Positions 36,294 through 45,046 of a stretch of 47,477 bases of DNA are shown one piece after another. Under the pieces are notes generated by a model. That model had not been told where the DNA came from. It saw only the letters and a list, made by a program, of their open reading frames with translations, and ran no database searches. This stretch comes from a virus (lineage: Duplodnaviria > Heunggongvirae > Uroviricota > Caudoviricetes). The DNA lies in the IMG/VR virus record IMGVR_UViG_3300025913_000024, positions 1-47,477 of that record. The stretch is one strand, 5' to 3'. Each line of letters starts with the position of its first letter. Within the stretch, counting starts at the first letter, position 1. A program made the position numbers and the translations under genes.

Positions 36294-38189
36294 ATGGCAG
36301 AATTGAAGCCCGGCATTTGGCCTGTCAAACCCACTCAGTTTAAGCAAATTGACCCCAACTATCCTCATAGTGGTTTTCTACCAGCAGAACCTGGCGAGCA
36401 AGAAGGCTTTGTAACTCCTTTCAAACACAGGTATCCATCTGATGGTGGTTCTCAGAACATCCATCCTTCCCAAACCAGCGAGATCTGGAAGAACAGAGGA
36501 AAGGACAAGTATCGAGACATCAACCCAACTGAAGCTCCAGACTTTGACCGCTATTCAACTCCTCAGAGTGCCATTCAGGCTGCTAACAAAGGTGTAGCGG
36601 GAATGGGAAACCCTAACGAAGCTGATGCCTCAAACCTAGGAGCAATTGTGCAAAAGAACGATCTAGCTGTAAGGTCCAAGAGACCATCCGGTTCCTTCAA
36701 GGAAGCCATCGACATCGCCTTAGAGTATGACTCTGAACAAGACGATGAAGACTCAGAAGGTCTTGATACCCTTGAGCATGCTCACGAGCATCCTCACACT
36801 GAGACTGAAACCACCGAAACTTACAAAGAAAGAGTTAAGAACACCGCCATCAGACTTGTTGAAGCTACCGCAAAACAGGAATCTGTTGCTGAGTTCGTTA
36901 ATATGAACCCACAAGGAACTCTTGACGACTACTTGGCTTGGGCCAAGAAGAACGGAAAGCCTCCTGTTTCTTACGTCTCTTACAGAGTCATGAGACAGAA
37001 CATTCTTTCTGGAATGGCTAGTTACTTGACTCCAGAAGCTCAAGCAGCTTCTCAGAGACCTGAGTTTGACAGATCTAAGGCAACCGGTCCTCTTGCTGAC
37101 CTTTTGAACCTAGTTGACACAGCAACTGATGAAGAACTCAGAACCGAAGCTTCGGTTGCTGAAAAGTTCTCTTCTATCTGGGCAACTGCTTACAACTGTG
37201 CTAGAGGAAAGTCCATCAAGAGACACGCCTTCATCTGTGGTGCTCCTGGTGTTGGTAAGACCTTCACCTTGAAGACCGCTATTGAGAAAGGTCTTGCTCA
37301 AACCTCCGATACTCTAGTCAAGAGACGCGGTTCTATCGGTAAAGCACAATCAGACATCCTAGCCTTCCTCTATGAGAAGAAAGATGGCCACGTTATCGTT
37401 CTTGATGACTGTGACGGCTTCCTTACCGGAGCTGATGACGACGTTATCAACATCCTCAAGGCCGCAATGGACCCAGACGATCCTGAAGTTTCCATCTCCA
37501 GCACGATGAGAAGAATGGTTGCTAAGAAGCTTGGTCTTCTTGGTGAGTCTACTCGTCATGATGGTGTTAAGTTTCTCCAAGACAGACTTTATGGTCGTAG
37601 ATTCACCGAGGACGAAGATGACCTTGCCGGCGGTGATGAGGAAGAAGAAACCCCAGAACAACCAGAGAGCGAAGACATCGAGGCAGAAGGAGAAGAGGAC
37701 TTTGGAGAACTTCCAGAGACTTTCAAGTTCCTTTCTAGGATCATCTTCATCTCTAACCTCCGCAGAGCAGACGTTCCAGAAGCCATCATTGACCGTTGTA
37801 AGGTCGATGAGCTTGTTCTTTCTAGAACTGAGATCATGGAAAGAATCCGAGAGGTTCTTCCTGAGCTCTTGAAGAACGAAGACAAGTATACTCCAGAAGA
37901 ACTTGATTGGGCAAAGACCAACGTTTACAAGTGGTTAGCTGCTACCGTTCAGGCAGATGCTGAAGGTGCTTCTATTCCAACTCCTCAAGGAGCTATCGCT
38001 CCGGACATCAAGGTCAGCATTACCTTCCGACTCTTTATTGACTTGGTTGATACCTGGTTGTTCATGTCTACTCAAGGCTACCAAGAAGGATTAACTCTTG
38101 AAGCTCTTGAGAAGAAGATGACCCTCCCATTTATCATCAGAGTTATCTTCCCAGCTCTTAAGGGTGACGCAAGACCAAAAAGGCGCTAA
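36294..38189 (+). CDS. AAA+ ATPase with long N-terminal extension and internal acidic insertion
   Basis: GAPGVGKT (Walker A), VIVLDDCD (Walker B), ILKAAMD, IIFISN and IIDRC. Confidence 0.8.
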   Translation: MAELKPGIWPVKPTQFKQIDPNYPHSGFLPAEPGEQEGFVTPFKHRYPSDGGSQNIHPSQTSEIWKNRGKDKYRDINPTEAPDFDRYSTPQSAIQAANKGVAGMGNPNEADASNLGAIVQKNDLAVRSKRPSGSFKEAIDIALEYDSEQDDEDSEGLDTLEHAHEHPHTETETTETYKERVKNTAIRLVEATAKQESVAEFVNMNPQGTLDDYLAWAKKNGKPPVSYVSYRVMRQNILSGMASYLTPEAQAASQRPEFDRSKATGPLADLLNLVDTATDEELRTEASVAEKFSSIWATAYNCARGKSIKRHAFICGAPGVGKTFTLKTAIEKGLAQTSDTLVKRRGSIGKAQSDILAFLYEKKDGHVIVLDDCDGFLTGADDDVINILKAAMDPDDPEVSISSTMRRMVAKKLGLLGESTRHDGVKFLQDRLYGRRFTEDEDDLAGGDEEEETPEQPESEDIEAEGEEDFGELPETFKFLSRIIFISNLRRADVPEAIIDRCKVDELVLSRTEIMERIREVLPELLKNEDKYTPEELDWAKTNVYKWLAATVQADAEGASIPTPQGAIAPDIKVSITFRLFIDLVDTWLFMSTQGYQEGLTLEALEKKMTLPFIIRVIFPALKGDARPKRR

Positions 38190-38193
38190 TTCC

Positions 38194-39495
38194 ATGCAAG
38201 AAAACGGTGCCATCCTCGTCACAGACGTCAGGTACAAGTCTAATCCTTTCCTAGTTAAGCAACTTAACTGGTGGAAAGAAAAGACCTTGTACGACGTTCT
38301 GGTGAATGGAGACCTAAACTCATTGGTGTCTCATGCCTTCAAAGAAGGATATGAGCACCTCATTGTCTTGTCTCCTGAGAATGACATTGATCTTCAGGAA
38401 CAAACCATTTACAGATCCTATGATAGGATGTTCGAGTCCATCAGGTTTGTAGAAGAGGTTGGACCAAGAGTTCACATGAGAGAAGCAGACCCTGCTCAGG
38501 CTCAACAACCTGGAACTCAGCAAGCTGCTCAGCCACAGCCTCAACCAGCTCCTGCCAACAGTCCAGCATCTCTAACTCTGTTTGCTATGAACGCCAACCC
38601 TCCATTGAAGGGTTTTAAGAATGTCATCAGTTCTTTCTCTGGTTTGAAACTAGCACAAGGAACCAAACTTCTTAAGGTCTTGATGCCTCCTGAGGCTAAC
38701 ACCCTTGGAGCAGACTTCAGATTCAGCATCCTTCCAGAGTTCTATCCAGACGCAGCAAAGTCAAAAGCTTTTGATGAAAAGGATTGGTTTCCACTAGGAA
38801 CTGATCAACCAATAGCCACAACCATCCAGGGAATACTCACAGCCATGAAGGTGGCTAACCCAGCGGCCTTCCCAATCTATGTAGGTGGTAGCCAAGTTGC
38901 TGCAGCCAAGTTGATTCAGGCTCTTCAAGCTGGAGGGTTTGCTCTTCAACAAGGTCCTCAAGTCAACGGTTCTGACAATGTAGACACGACCATTGGACCA
39001 GCAGCTGTTAAGATCTGTGACCAAGCCAACATCACTGGAAAGAAACCAGAAGAGGCCAAGAAGATCAGAGACACAGCTACCAAAGGTAAGGCTGTTAAGA
39101 TCGATGAGAAGCAGAAACTTGCTGTTAAGTTGTTCTTAGGATATTGGTCTTACGCCAACAACCTCATTGACCTCAAAGCTAACCCAAGATCTGGTAAGAA
39201 CCTTGCTTACTTCAAGAACCTTCTTTCTGCTGAAGACAAAGCTGTTGTGGATGAAGTGTCTGATGCCATTGGTATCAAGAACGCTGTTACTGCTGCTCAG
39301 AACATTGGTAGATTGGTTGGATTGGGTCCTAACGACGAAAAAGATAAGGACAAGGACAAGAATAAAAAAGAGGAAGACAAAGCTCCCTCTCAAGATACCA
39401 CCATCTCTCCAGATGGCGGAAAACACGTATTCGATGTTGCTGCTATTGTTCTTGCTCCAGAGTTTCAATCACTCTACTCTAAGCTTGACCTTTAA
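38194..39495 (+). CDS. Putative internal virion protein
   Basis: Start revised to ATG 38194 (GCTAATT just upstream); MRE-A site followed by a Q/P linker; A/K-rich. Confidence 0.55.
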   Translation: MQENGAILVTDVRYKSNPFLVKQLNWWKEKTLYDVLVNGDLNSLVSHAFKEGYEHLIVLSPENDIDLQEQTIYRSYDRMFESIRFVEEVGPRVHMREADPAQAQQPGTQQAAQPQPQPAPANSPASLTLFAMNANPPLKGFKNVISSFSGLKLAQGTKLLKVLMPPEANTLGADFRFSILPEFYPDAAKSKAFDEKDWFPLGTDQPIATTIQGILTAMKVANPAAFPIYVGGSQVAAAKLIQALQAGGFALQQGPQVNGSDNVDTTIGPAAVKICDQANITGKKPEEAKKIRDTATKGKAVKIDEKQKLAVKLFLGYWSYANNLIDLKANPRSGKNLAYFKNLLSAEDKAVVDEVSDAIGIKNAVTAAQNIGRLVGLGPNDEKDKDKDKNKKEEDKAPSQDTTISPDGGKHVFDVAAIVLAPEFQSLYSKLDL

Positions 39496-40169
39496 AGCTT
39501 GAATCTGTTGGAGATCTCTTCAACTAGAGACTCTAGAGCTTTGATCTCTTTGATCCCCAAAGTATACACTTTCTCAAAAGACTCTTTCCAATTCTTGAGT
39601 CTAGGCTTTCTGATGTACATCAAGATGTAAGGTCTAGCTATCATCCTTAGATGATAAGGAGCGATCTCGTCAAAGTCCTTCAAGGTCTTTTGAACCACTT
39701 GAAAGAAGTCTTGTTCTGAGTTGTGATCAAACTCAGGTTCGTAACTCTCATTGTGAGAGTTCACAGCACTCAAATGGAACCGCTCTGTCAACTCGCCTAA
39801 CTCTGTGCTATGGTCTGTGCCATCTCCAAGAGCTGCATTGAGTGATAGTTCGCTATCCACATTTCGTTGCTTACTGCTGTAAAGAGTCTCAAGAACCTTC
39901 CACTTTAACAGACCACCAAATGATGCTGTGACGATGAAGTCATCCTGTTCTAGATACCTAGACATGAACTTGCTGGCAGCATCGATAGCGACAGCCTGAA
40001 CGTGGTCAGGATCAAGAAATTTCCTGTTCTTCGTCATCTTCAAAGCCAAAGATCTTGCGTACAAGATCAAGACCTCATACATCTTCTTCCAGGCATCAGG
40101 ATCCTTGGTTTTGAGATAGATGGTTTGGAGATTTTCTAGATCAACTTCAGTCTTAGGCTTAGCTGCCAT
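39492..40169 (-). CDS. Sigma-factor-like protein (candidate late sigma, gp55 analogue)
   Basis: Helical N-terminus ...MYEVLILYARSLA...DHVQAVAIDAASKFMSRY....ASFGGLLKWKVLETL...SLNAAL, resembling sigma region 2 and the following SLD/N element. Confidence 0.5.
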   Translation of the reverse strand: MAAKPKTEVDLENLQTIYLKTKDPDAWKKMYEVLILYARSLALKMTKNRKFLDPDHVQAVAIDAASKFMSRYLEQDDFIVTASFGGLLKWKVLETLYSSKQRNVDSELSLNAALGDGTDHSTELGELTERFHLSAVNSHNESYEPEFDHNSEQDFFQVVQKTLKDFDEIAPYHLRMIARPYILMYIRKPRLKNWKESFEKVYTLGIKEIKALESLVEEISNRFKL

Positions 40170-40171
40170 CT

Positions 40172-41380
40172 TTACTCCGTCAACTTTGCAAACACAACGT
40201 CAAGGTCTCTTTGTCCTGAAGAGTTCTCAAGATAGAATCTAACACCCGCTCCGTTCTGTTCATCTGGTTTTGCATCGTTAAACTCAAGAGTGACTTGGTC
40301 ATCATCGCTGAGTGGTTCAATAGTTGTCTTGAGTGCATCACTGATGAGGATGAACTCTGCGTTCTCAATCTCTGGTTGAGTCTGTTCAATGATCTCTTCT
40401 ACATCAAGAACCTTGTTGATGTCTGTGGTAGGATGTTGATACTTGAGGTTCAAGATCTTTTGATCGGTCCACTCAAACGTGATTGGCTTCCAGATGCTAG
40501 CCTCGTACATGCCTGAGAAGAACTCAATAGCTTCCTTGAGCTTAGAAACCTTGATACCTAGTCTGGTTCGTCTAAGAGCATCAGGTGTGATTGCTTCAAG
40601 GTCTGAGTCACTAGGGATTGAGATGTTACAGGTTTCCACCATGATAATGAACCTGAAGTTCTTCACATAAGGGTGTTCCCAACAAACTGTTCTAGTAGCT
40701 TCGTCATAGTAGACAACGTCTGTCTGCTCTAGAAACTCGAAAAGACTGAGAACGTTCTTATGTAGAGAAAAGAAATCCAACTTGGAGTTTCCATAGTTAG
40801 CTGTCCCGTTCTCTCTGTAGATGATCGTTCTGTCAGCGTAAATCAAGTGATCCGGATAAACAGCGATCGAGTTGTTCTTGATGTTCACCCCCATGAAAGA
40901 CATGGCTTTCTTAGAGAAGGTCATGAACTCAGGAGAGAGTTGAAGCTGAACACCCTTGTCCTTGATCGCAGGAGATCTGTTGTCATAGAATGACATCAAC
41001 TCCACTAGATCTGGATTGGTGAGTTCAATGTTGTTGACACTCAAGGTGATCCTATCATCCACAGCACCCTGAAGTCTCAGGGTGGTAGGAGTGAAGGTAT
41101 AGATCATTTGAAGGTCGCCTTGTCCTGCGGTCTTCTTTGCTGCGTTGACAAACTTAGAGATGTCACACAATACAGCGAAAGGAGTCTCTACCTTTTCCTT
41201 GAGAGGGATCTCATAGGAGAACATGGACTTCACTCCCTTCAAGTAAACCTTGAGGGAGGTGTCCTGTAGAACGAGGTAAGATTTAGAAAAGGATGACATG
41301 AGGTAACTGAAAAGCTTGTTCTTGAGGACGATAGCTTTTACAGAATCATTTGATAGAGTTGTTCGTACTATGTTAGCCAT
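40172..41380 (-). CDS. Sliding clamp-like protein (beta-clamp size)
   Basis: 402 aa with three repeated alpha/beta units, IYADRT segment and ISDALK..IEPL.DD.QVTLEF C-terminus reminiscent of DnaN; a DnaX-like loader is present in the window. Confidence 0.55.
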   Translation of the reverse strand: MANIVRTTLSNDSVKAIVLKNKLFSYLMSSFSKSYLVLQDTSLKVYLKGVKSMFSYEIPLKEKVETPFAVLCDISKFVNAAKKTAGQGDLQMIYTFTPTTLRLQGAVDDRITLSVNNIELTNPDLVELMSFYDNRSPAIKDKGVQLQLSPEFMTFSKKAMSFMGVNIKNNSIAVYPDHLIYADRTIIYRENGTANYGNSKLDFFSLHKNVLSLFEFLEQTDVVYYDEATRTVCWEHPYVKNFRFIIMVETCNISIPSDSDLEAITPDALRRTRLGIKVSKLKEAIEFFSGMYEASIWKPITFEWTDQKILNLKYQHPTTDINKVLDVEEIIEQTQPEIENAEFILISDALKTTIEPLSDDDQVTLEFNDAKPDEQNGAGVRFYLENSSGQRDLDVVFAKLTE

Positions 41381-41400
41381 TTGATTAATATAAGATCTAG

Positions 41401-42492
41401 TTAGTCTTCAGATGAAGCATCACTTAGAACTTCTTCAGGGTTGATCTCAGGAGGAAGTGTTTCATCCTCGTCATCGTAACCAGTAGCTCCCTCAACGTCA
41501 AGAATCGTGGTTCCCATCAACATCTGGTTGATTTGATCCTTGATCTCTTTGTACTCTGCTGGGTGAGCATTGAGCCAATCTTGAACCTTCTCAAGTCCAT
41601 TTAGGTTGAATCCGTACTTCTCAGACTTGTACCAAGCACCTGCACGAGTGATGACTCCTAACTGAGTAACAAAGTCAATGTACTCACTGTCGACATCAAA
41701 ACCAGTTTTGAAGTTCAAGTTGAGTTCAGCATCTCGGAATGGAATGCCTGCTTTGTTCTTACCGTTTCGAACACGAATGACGATACCAACGATCTCACCC
41801 TTGTCCTTGATGGTATCGATCTTGGTGATTCGGTTTCTAACTGAAGCGTAGAACTTGATGGCCTTTCCATCAGCAACTCTGAAGTCTGGTCCTGGTCCAA
41901 AACTCTGGTTCTCACGTTCCTGGCTGACGATGATCATTCCAACGTCGTATCGTTCCAGAATAGGGTTGAATTTCTTAAGTCCAGCTGCGAACAGACGTGC
42001 CGTTCCGCCGAAGTCAGCTTTTCCAAACTCTGCTGCCATAACTGCTGCAGAAGGAGTGGTAGAAGCACTGTCCCAGATGATCAAACCAATGTCGTTAGGG
42101 TTGGCTTTTAAGATCTCTTCAACAACTGCGAAACCCTCCTCTCCATTTTCAGGACGAATGAAGACGAACTTGTCTTCACTGATATCAAGACCTAACTTAA
42201 CAGCAAAATCCTTGTCAAAGGTTCTCTCAAAGTCAACATAGATGATGACATTGTGGTCTGGCTGCTTCTGAATCTCAGCTGCGATGTAGGTAGAGAGAGT
42301 AGACTTTCCAGAGGACTCAGGTCCGTGAAACTGGAAGATACGTCCAATAGGAAAACCACCACCGAACAAGAAGTTCAATCTAGGTGAAGATAAGAACATT
42401 CTCTTGACAACACCTGAGACATTAACGTCTCGAATGGTAGACTGGTAGTTCTTTTTAATTTTTGCTAGGCTTGCCTTAAGATTCGAGGCCAT
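41401..42492 (-). CDS. recA: RecA/UvsX recombinase
   Basis: GGFPIGRI...GPESSGKSTL, YVDFE, IIWDS and GKAIKFYASVR motifs; SD AAGGAG. Confidence 0.95.
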   Translation of the reverse strand: MASNLKASLAKIKKNYQSTIRDVNVSGVVKRMFLSSPRLNFLFGGGFPIGRIFQFHGPESSGKSTLSTYIAAEIQKQPDHNVIIYVDFERTFDKDFAVKLGLDISEDKFVFIRPENGEEGFAVVEEILKANPNDIGLIIWDSASTTPSAAVMAAEFGKADFGGTARLFAAGLKKFNPILERYDVGMIIVSQERENQSFGPGPDFRVADGKAIKFYASVRNRITKIDTIKDKGEIVGIVIRVRNGKNKAGIPFRDAELNLNFKTGFDVDSEYIDFVTQLGVITRAGAWYKSEKYGFNLNGLEKVQDWLNAHPAEYKEIKDQINQMLMGTTILDVEGATGYDDEDETLPPEINPEEVLSDASSED

Positions 42493-43279
42493 GGATTCTC
42501 CTTAATAATAGATCCGTGTATGCGTATTTTTGTTCTGAGTAGTGAACCTCAGGAGTGGTCTTTGAGTTAGACAAGAACGAAGAGATGAACTTGTCAAAAG
42601 AATGGTAATTGAAACCGTGCTTAAGAACGTCGATGTCAAGAGTTCTTGTGACTAGAGAAAAGTCAAGAACCTTTCCTGTCGTTCTGTTTCTCACCCAATT
42701 GATGATCTGTCCAGTGAGCTTAGAATCCCACTTCAGTGGGTTCTTAGACTGACTCAACCATGAGTGGGAGAGAAGAGTGATAACTCCACGAGCGTCTGTT
42801 CTCATCTTATCAAAGAGTGCATCGAGAGTAGGAACTGGATCAACCATCTCAAAGGCCATGGCCATTCCAAGGTTGATCTTCTCATAGAAGGACTCTTTCT
42901 TGTAAGCTTCAAGTTGAGCCACCTGCTTGGCGTTAGCAAAGACACTTAACATCGTATCAAAGTTGATCTTGATGTATCGAGCTGCTGGGAAGCCACGAGT
43001 GGATGAGTTGATTAGACTTTTCTTTTCAAGGAGTTCGAAGGCTCTCTTTTGACGAGCAGCTGGAATTCCTAACTGCTTTTGAAAGAGCCTAATTGGACAA
43101 GGAAAAGCACCATCAGGCTCAAGTTGGTCCTGATTCTTGTTCATCTTGTGGAGGCCAATTAACTCTCCAAACAAGATTGCTGCTGTGCCAGAGTTAACAT
43201 AGCACAGCAGCTTTTTATTTACCTTTGTGAAAGCATCTTCATCAAACGCTAAAACGATATCTTCGACGTCTGTTACCAT
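42476..43279 (-). CDS. Winged-helix protein (replication initiator/replisome-organiser-like, tentative)
   Basis: AILFGELI...FQKQLGIPAARQKRAFELLEKKSLI...GFPAARYIKINFD; TGTTATACT extended -10 7 nt before the ATG. Confidence 0.5.
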   Translation of the reverse strand: MVTDVEDIVLAFDEDAFTKVNKKLLCYVNSGTAAILFGELIGLHKMNKNQDQLEPDGAFPCPIRLFQKQLGIPAARQKRAFELLEKKSLINSSTRGFPAARYIKINFDTMLSVFANAKQVAQLEAYKKESFYEKINLGMAMAFEMVDPVPTLDALFDKMRTDARGVITLLSHSWLSQSKNPLKWDSKLTGQIINWVRNRTTGKVLDFSLVTRTLDIDVLKHGFNYHSFDKFISSFLSNSKTTPEVHYSEQKYAYTDLLLRRIHGLES

Positions 43280-43302
43280 TCAAAGTAGTATAACAGACGC
43301 GA

Positions 43303-44250
43303 TTATTCTTTCATTGAAGAGACACTTCCGAAAACAAATGACTTTTGAGCTTGTTTAATTCCAAGTGCTATCTCGACAGAGTTTGTGATAATTGATGAGT
43401 TTCTACCAATACAAACTCGAGATAAGAAATGTTTCTCGCCAATAGGCTGAGCTTCAACAAGTTGCAAGTTAATCTGGAATTGACTTGGATCATTTTTAAT
43501 TGCAGATAAGATCTTGTAAGAATCAGCATCTTTGTGAGATGCAATCTCTAGATAAGTCTCTGCAAGAGGGTTTCCATAAAGTTTGATCAACTCTTTGAAC
43601 TCTTCAACATTGTTTGTGTTATGAGGAAGAAGATGAGGAATGTTGTCCGCGTCATCTCCAAACACAGACTTGTAAAAAGTCACGCTGTTCAAACTTGGAA
43701 GATACCCTTTTTCTTCTAAGAAATCTGAAGGAGTCTTTGGTTCTCCATCTAAGTAAGGGAGATAATGAACTTGACTAGACAAGTATCTTGTCCAATCTGA
43801 GTCATTTGTCACCAACAACGCTGACTGTTCTTTCTCTAAGTAAGAGAACACTGGAGCAACAAGATCGTCAGCTTCTCTATTCTGAATCTGGATGGTGATG
43901 TAATGAGGATCTTGGGCCAAGAAATAGTAACGAAGAATCGACAAAGAGTTGATGAACTCTTGTGATGCTAATCTTCTATTTCCCTTATAGTTCTCATAGA
44001 TCTGTTTTCTTCCAGAGAAGTTCTTAAAAGGTTTCTTTACAGAGGTGGAAGGCGAGAAGTAGTCAAAAAGAAGGTAAACCTTGGACTTTTCATCTCCAAA
44101 CTTTTCTTTAAGTTCTTTGATCTTTTGGATGATCTTTCCAACCAAGATTGGATAGATCTCCTTTGGTCCTACGGTCTCACTAGTCTCAGTTCTGTCATAC
44201 AGTTTGTGAGCTAGGTTAAAAACATCGAGAAGAAGACAACTATAGCGCAA
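43303..44250 (-). CDS. 5'-3' exonuclease/flap endonuclease (T4 RNase H-like)
   Basis: LLLDVFN, YKGNRR, READD, LVTNDSDW and GDDADNIP motifs. Confidence 0.88.
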   Translation of the reverse strand: MRYSCLLLDVFNLAHKLYDRTETSETVGPKEIYPILVGKIIQKIKELKEKFGDEKSKVYLLFDYFSPSTSVKKPFKNFSGRKQIYENYKGNRRLASQEFINSLSILRYYFLAQDPHYITIQIQNREADDLVAPVFSYLEKEQSALLVTNDSDWTRYLSSQVHYLPYLDGEPKTPSDFLEEKGYLPSLNSVTFYKSVFGDDADNIPHLLPHNTNNVEEFKELIKLYGNPLAETYLEIASHKDADSYKILSAIKNDPSQFQINLQLVEAQPIGEKHFLSRVCIGRNSSIITNSVEIALGIKQAQKSFVFGSVSSMKE

Positions 44251-44251
44251 G

Positions 44252-44437
44252 TTAACCTCTTATTCTGGTCAAGACTTTGTTAACGCCTGGTGACACTTCC
44301 ATGATCTTTTGGTTGCCAGCTAAGTTCTTCTTAGCTTCTTCTAGCTGCTCAGGTGTAAGACCTGGCTTGCTAGGAGCTGGAGCTTCTACTGGCTTGTGTT
44401 GCTCTCCAAACTTTGGAGTAGCAGTGGGTTCGCTCAT
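44252..44437 (-). CDS. Small hypothetical protein
   Basis: 61 aa; SD AGGAGG. Confidence 0.7.
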   Translation of the reverse strand: MSEPTATPKFGEQHKPVEAPAPSKPGLTPEQLEEAKKNLAGNQKIMEVSPGVNKVLTRIRG

Positions 44438-44450
44438 ACGTTCCTCCTAA

Positions 44451-44588
44451 TCAATATGGATGGTGATCTTCCTCACCATCATCATAAAAGTCATCGGTAT
44501 CAATACCGAAAACATCCTCGACATAGTTATCATCCCAGATCTCAGAAGGATCTAAGGTTTCATCTATATCTTTTTCTTGTTCACTCAA
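44451..44588 (-). CDS. Very acidic 45-aa protein (missed by the ORF track)
   Basis: GGAG 7 nt before TTG overlapping the upstream TGA; MSEQEKDIDETLDPSEIWDDNYVEDVFGIDTDDFYDDGEEDHHPY fills the gap between flanking genes. Confidence 0.65.
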   Translation of the reverse strand: MSEQEKDIDETLDPSEIWDDNYVEDVFGIDTDDFYDDGEEDHHPY

Positions 44589-45046
44589 GACTTTTCTCCA
44601 AAGCATTCCTTAGGACCAATGAAGTTGGTAACCGGAGGGTCCTTAGGGTTCAAGAGATTTAGTAGCAAACCGTATCTGGAGAGATCTTTTCCCTTTTTCA
44701 CAGTGATAACGTACTTTTGCTTGTACCACATGACATCGTGGTAGATGATTGGTATGACCGCAGAGTACACGGTTTGATTCAGAAGAAGGGGCTTCTTTAC
44801 TTTCTTGTTCTCATTGGTGACCCAAATTTCTGAAGTTGGATCAAAAGAACCAGGATGCAATGTGAAGACAGCTTGTTCGTATCTTTTGTCTCCTGGAAAG
44901 TCAATAGAGGAAGGGTAATCTAACTTAAGTGTCTTGAATAGATCCAAACTGAGGTTTGAACTTTCAGATCCACTTACGATTAATTCTTGGCCATCTTTAG
45001 ACTGAAGCTCTATGTAACCTAGTGTCAGATCCACTAAAAATGGCAC
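44585..45046 (-). CDS. Hypothetical protein
   Basis: 153-aa ORF; start uncertain. Confidence 0.6.
   Translation of the reverse strand: MPFLVDLTLGYIELQSKDGQELIVSGSESSNLSLDLFKTLKLDYPSSIDFPGDKRYEQAVFTLHPGSFDPTSEIWVTNENKKVKKPLLLNQTVYSAVIPIIYHDVMWYKQKYVITVKKGKDLSRYGLLLNLLNPKDPPVTNFIGPKECFGEKS

Noticed and set aside
41399-41405. ACTAACT upstream of the clamp gene as a late promoter
   Set aside because: Coincides with the recA stop codon and lies 18 nt from an SD-less ATG, so it may be chance.
44396-44662. 88-aa His/Arg-rich plus-strand ORF
   Set aside because: Antisense shadow of the acidic 45-aa gene.
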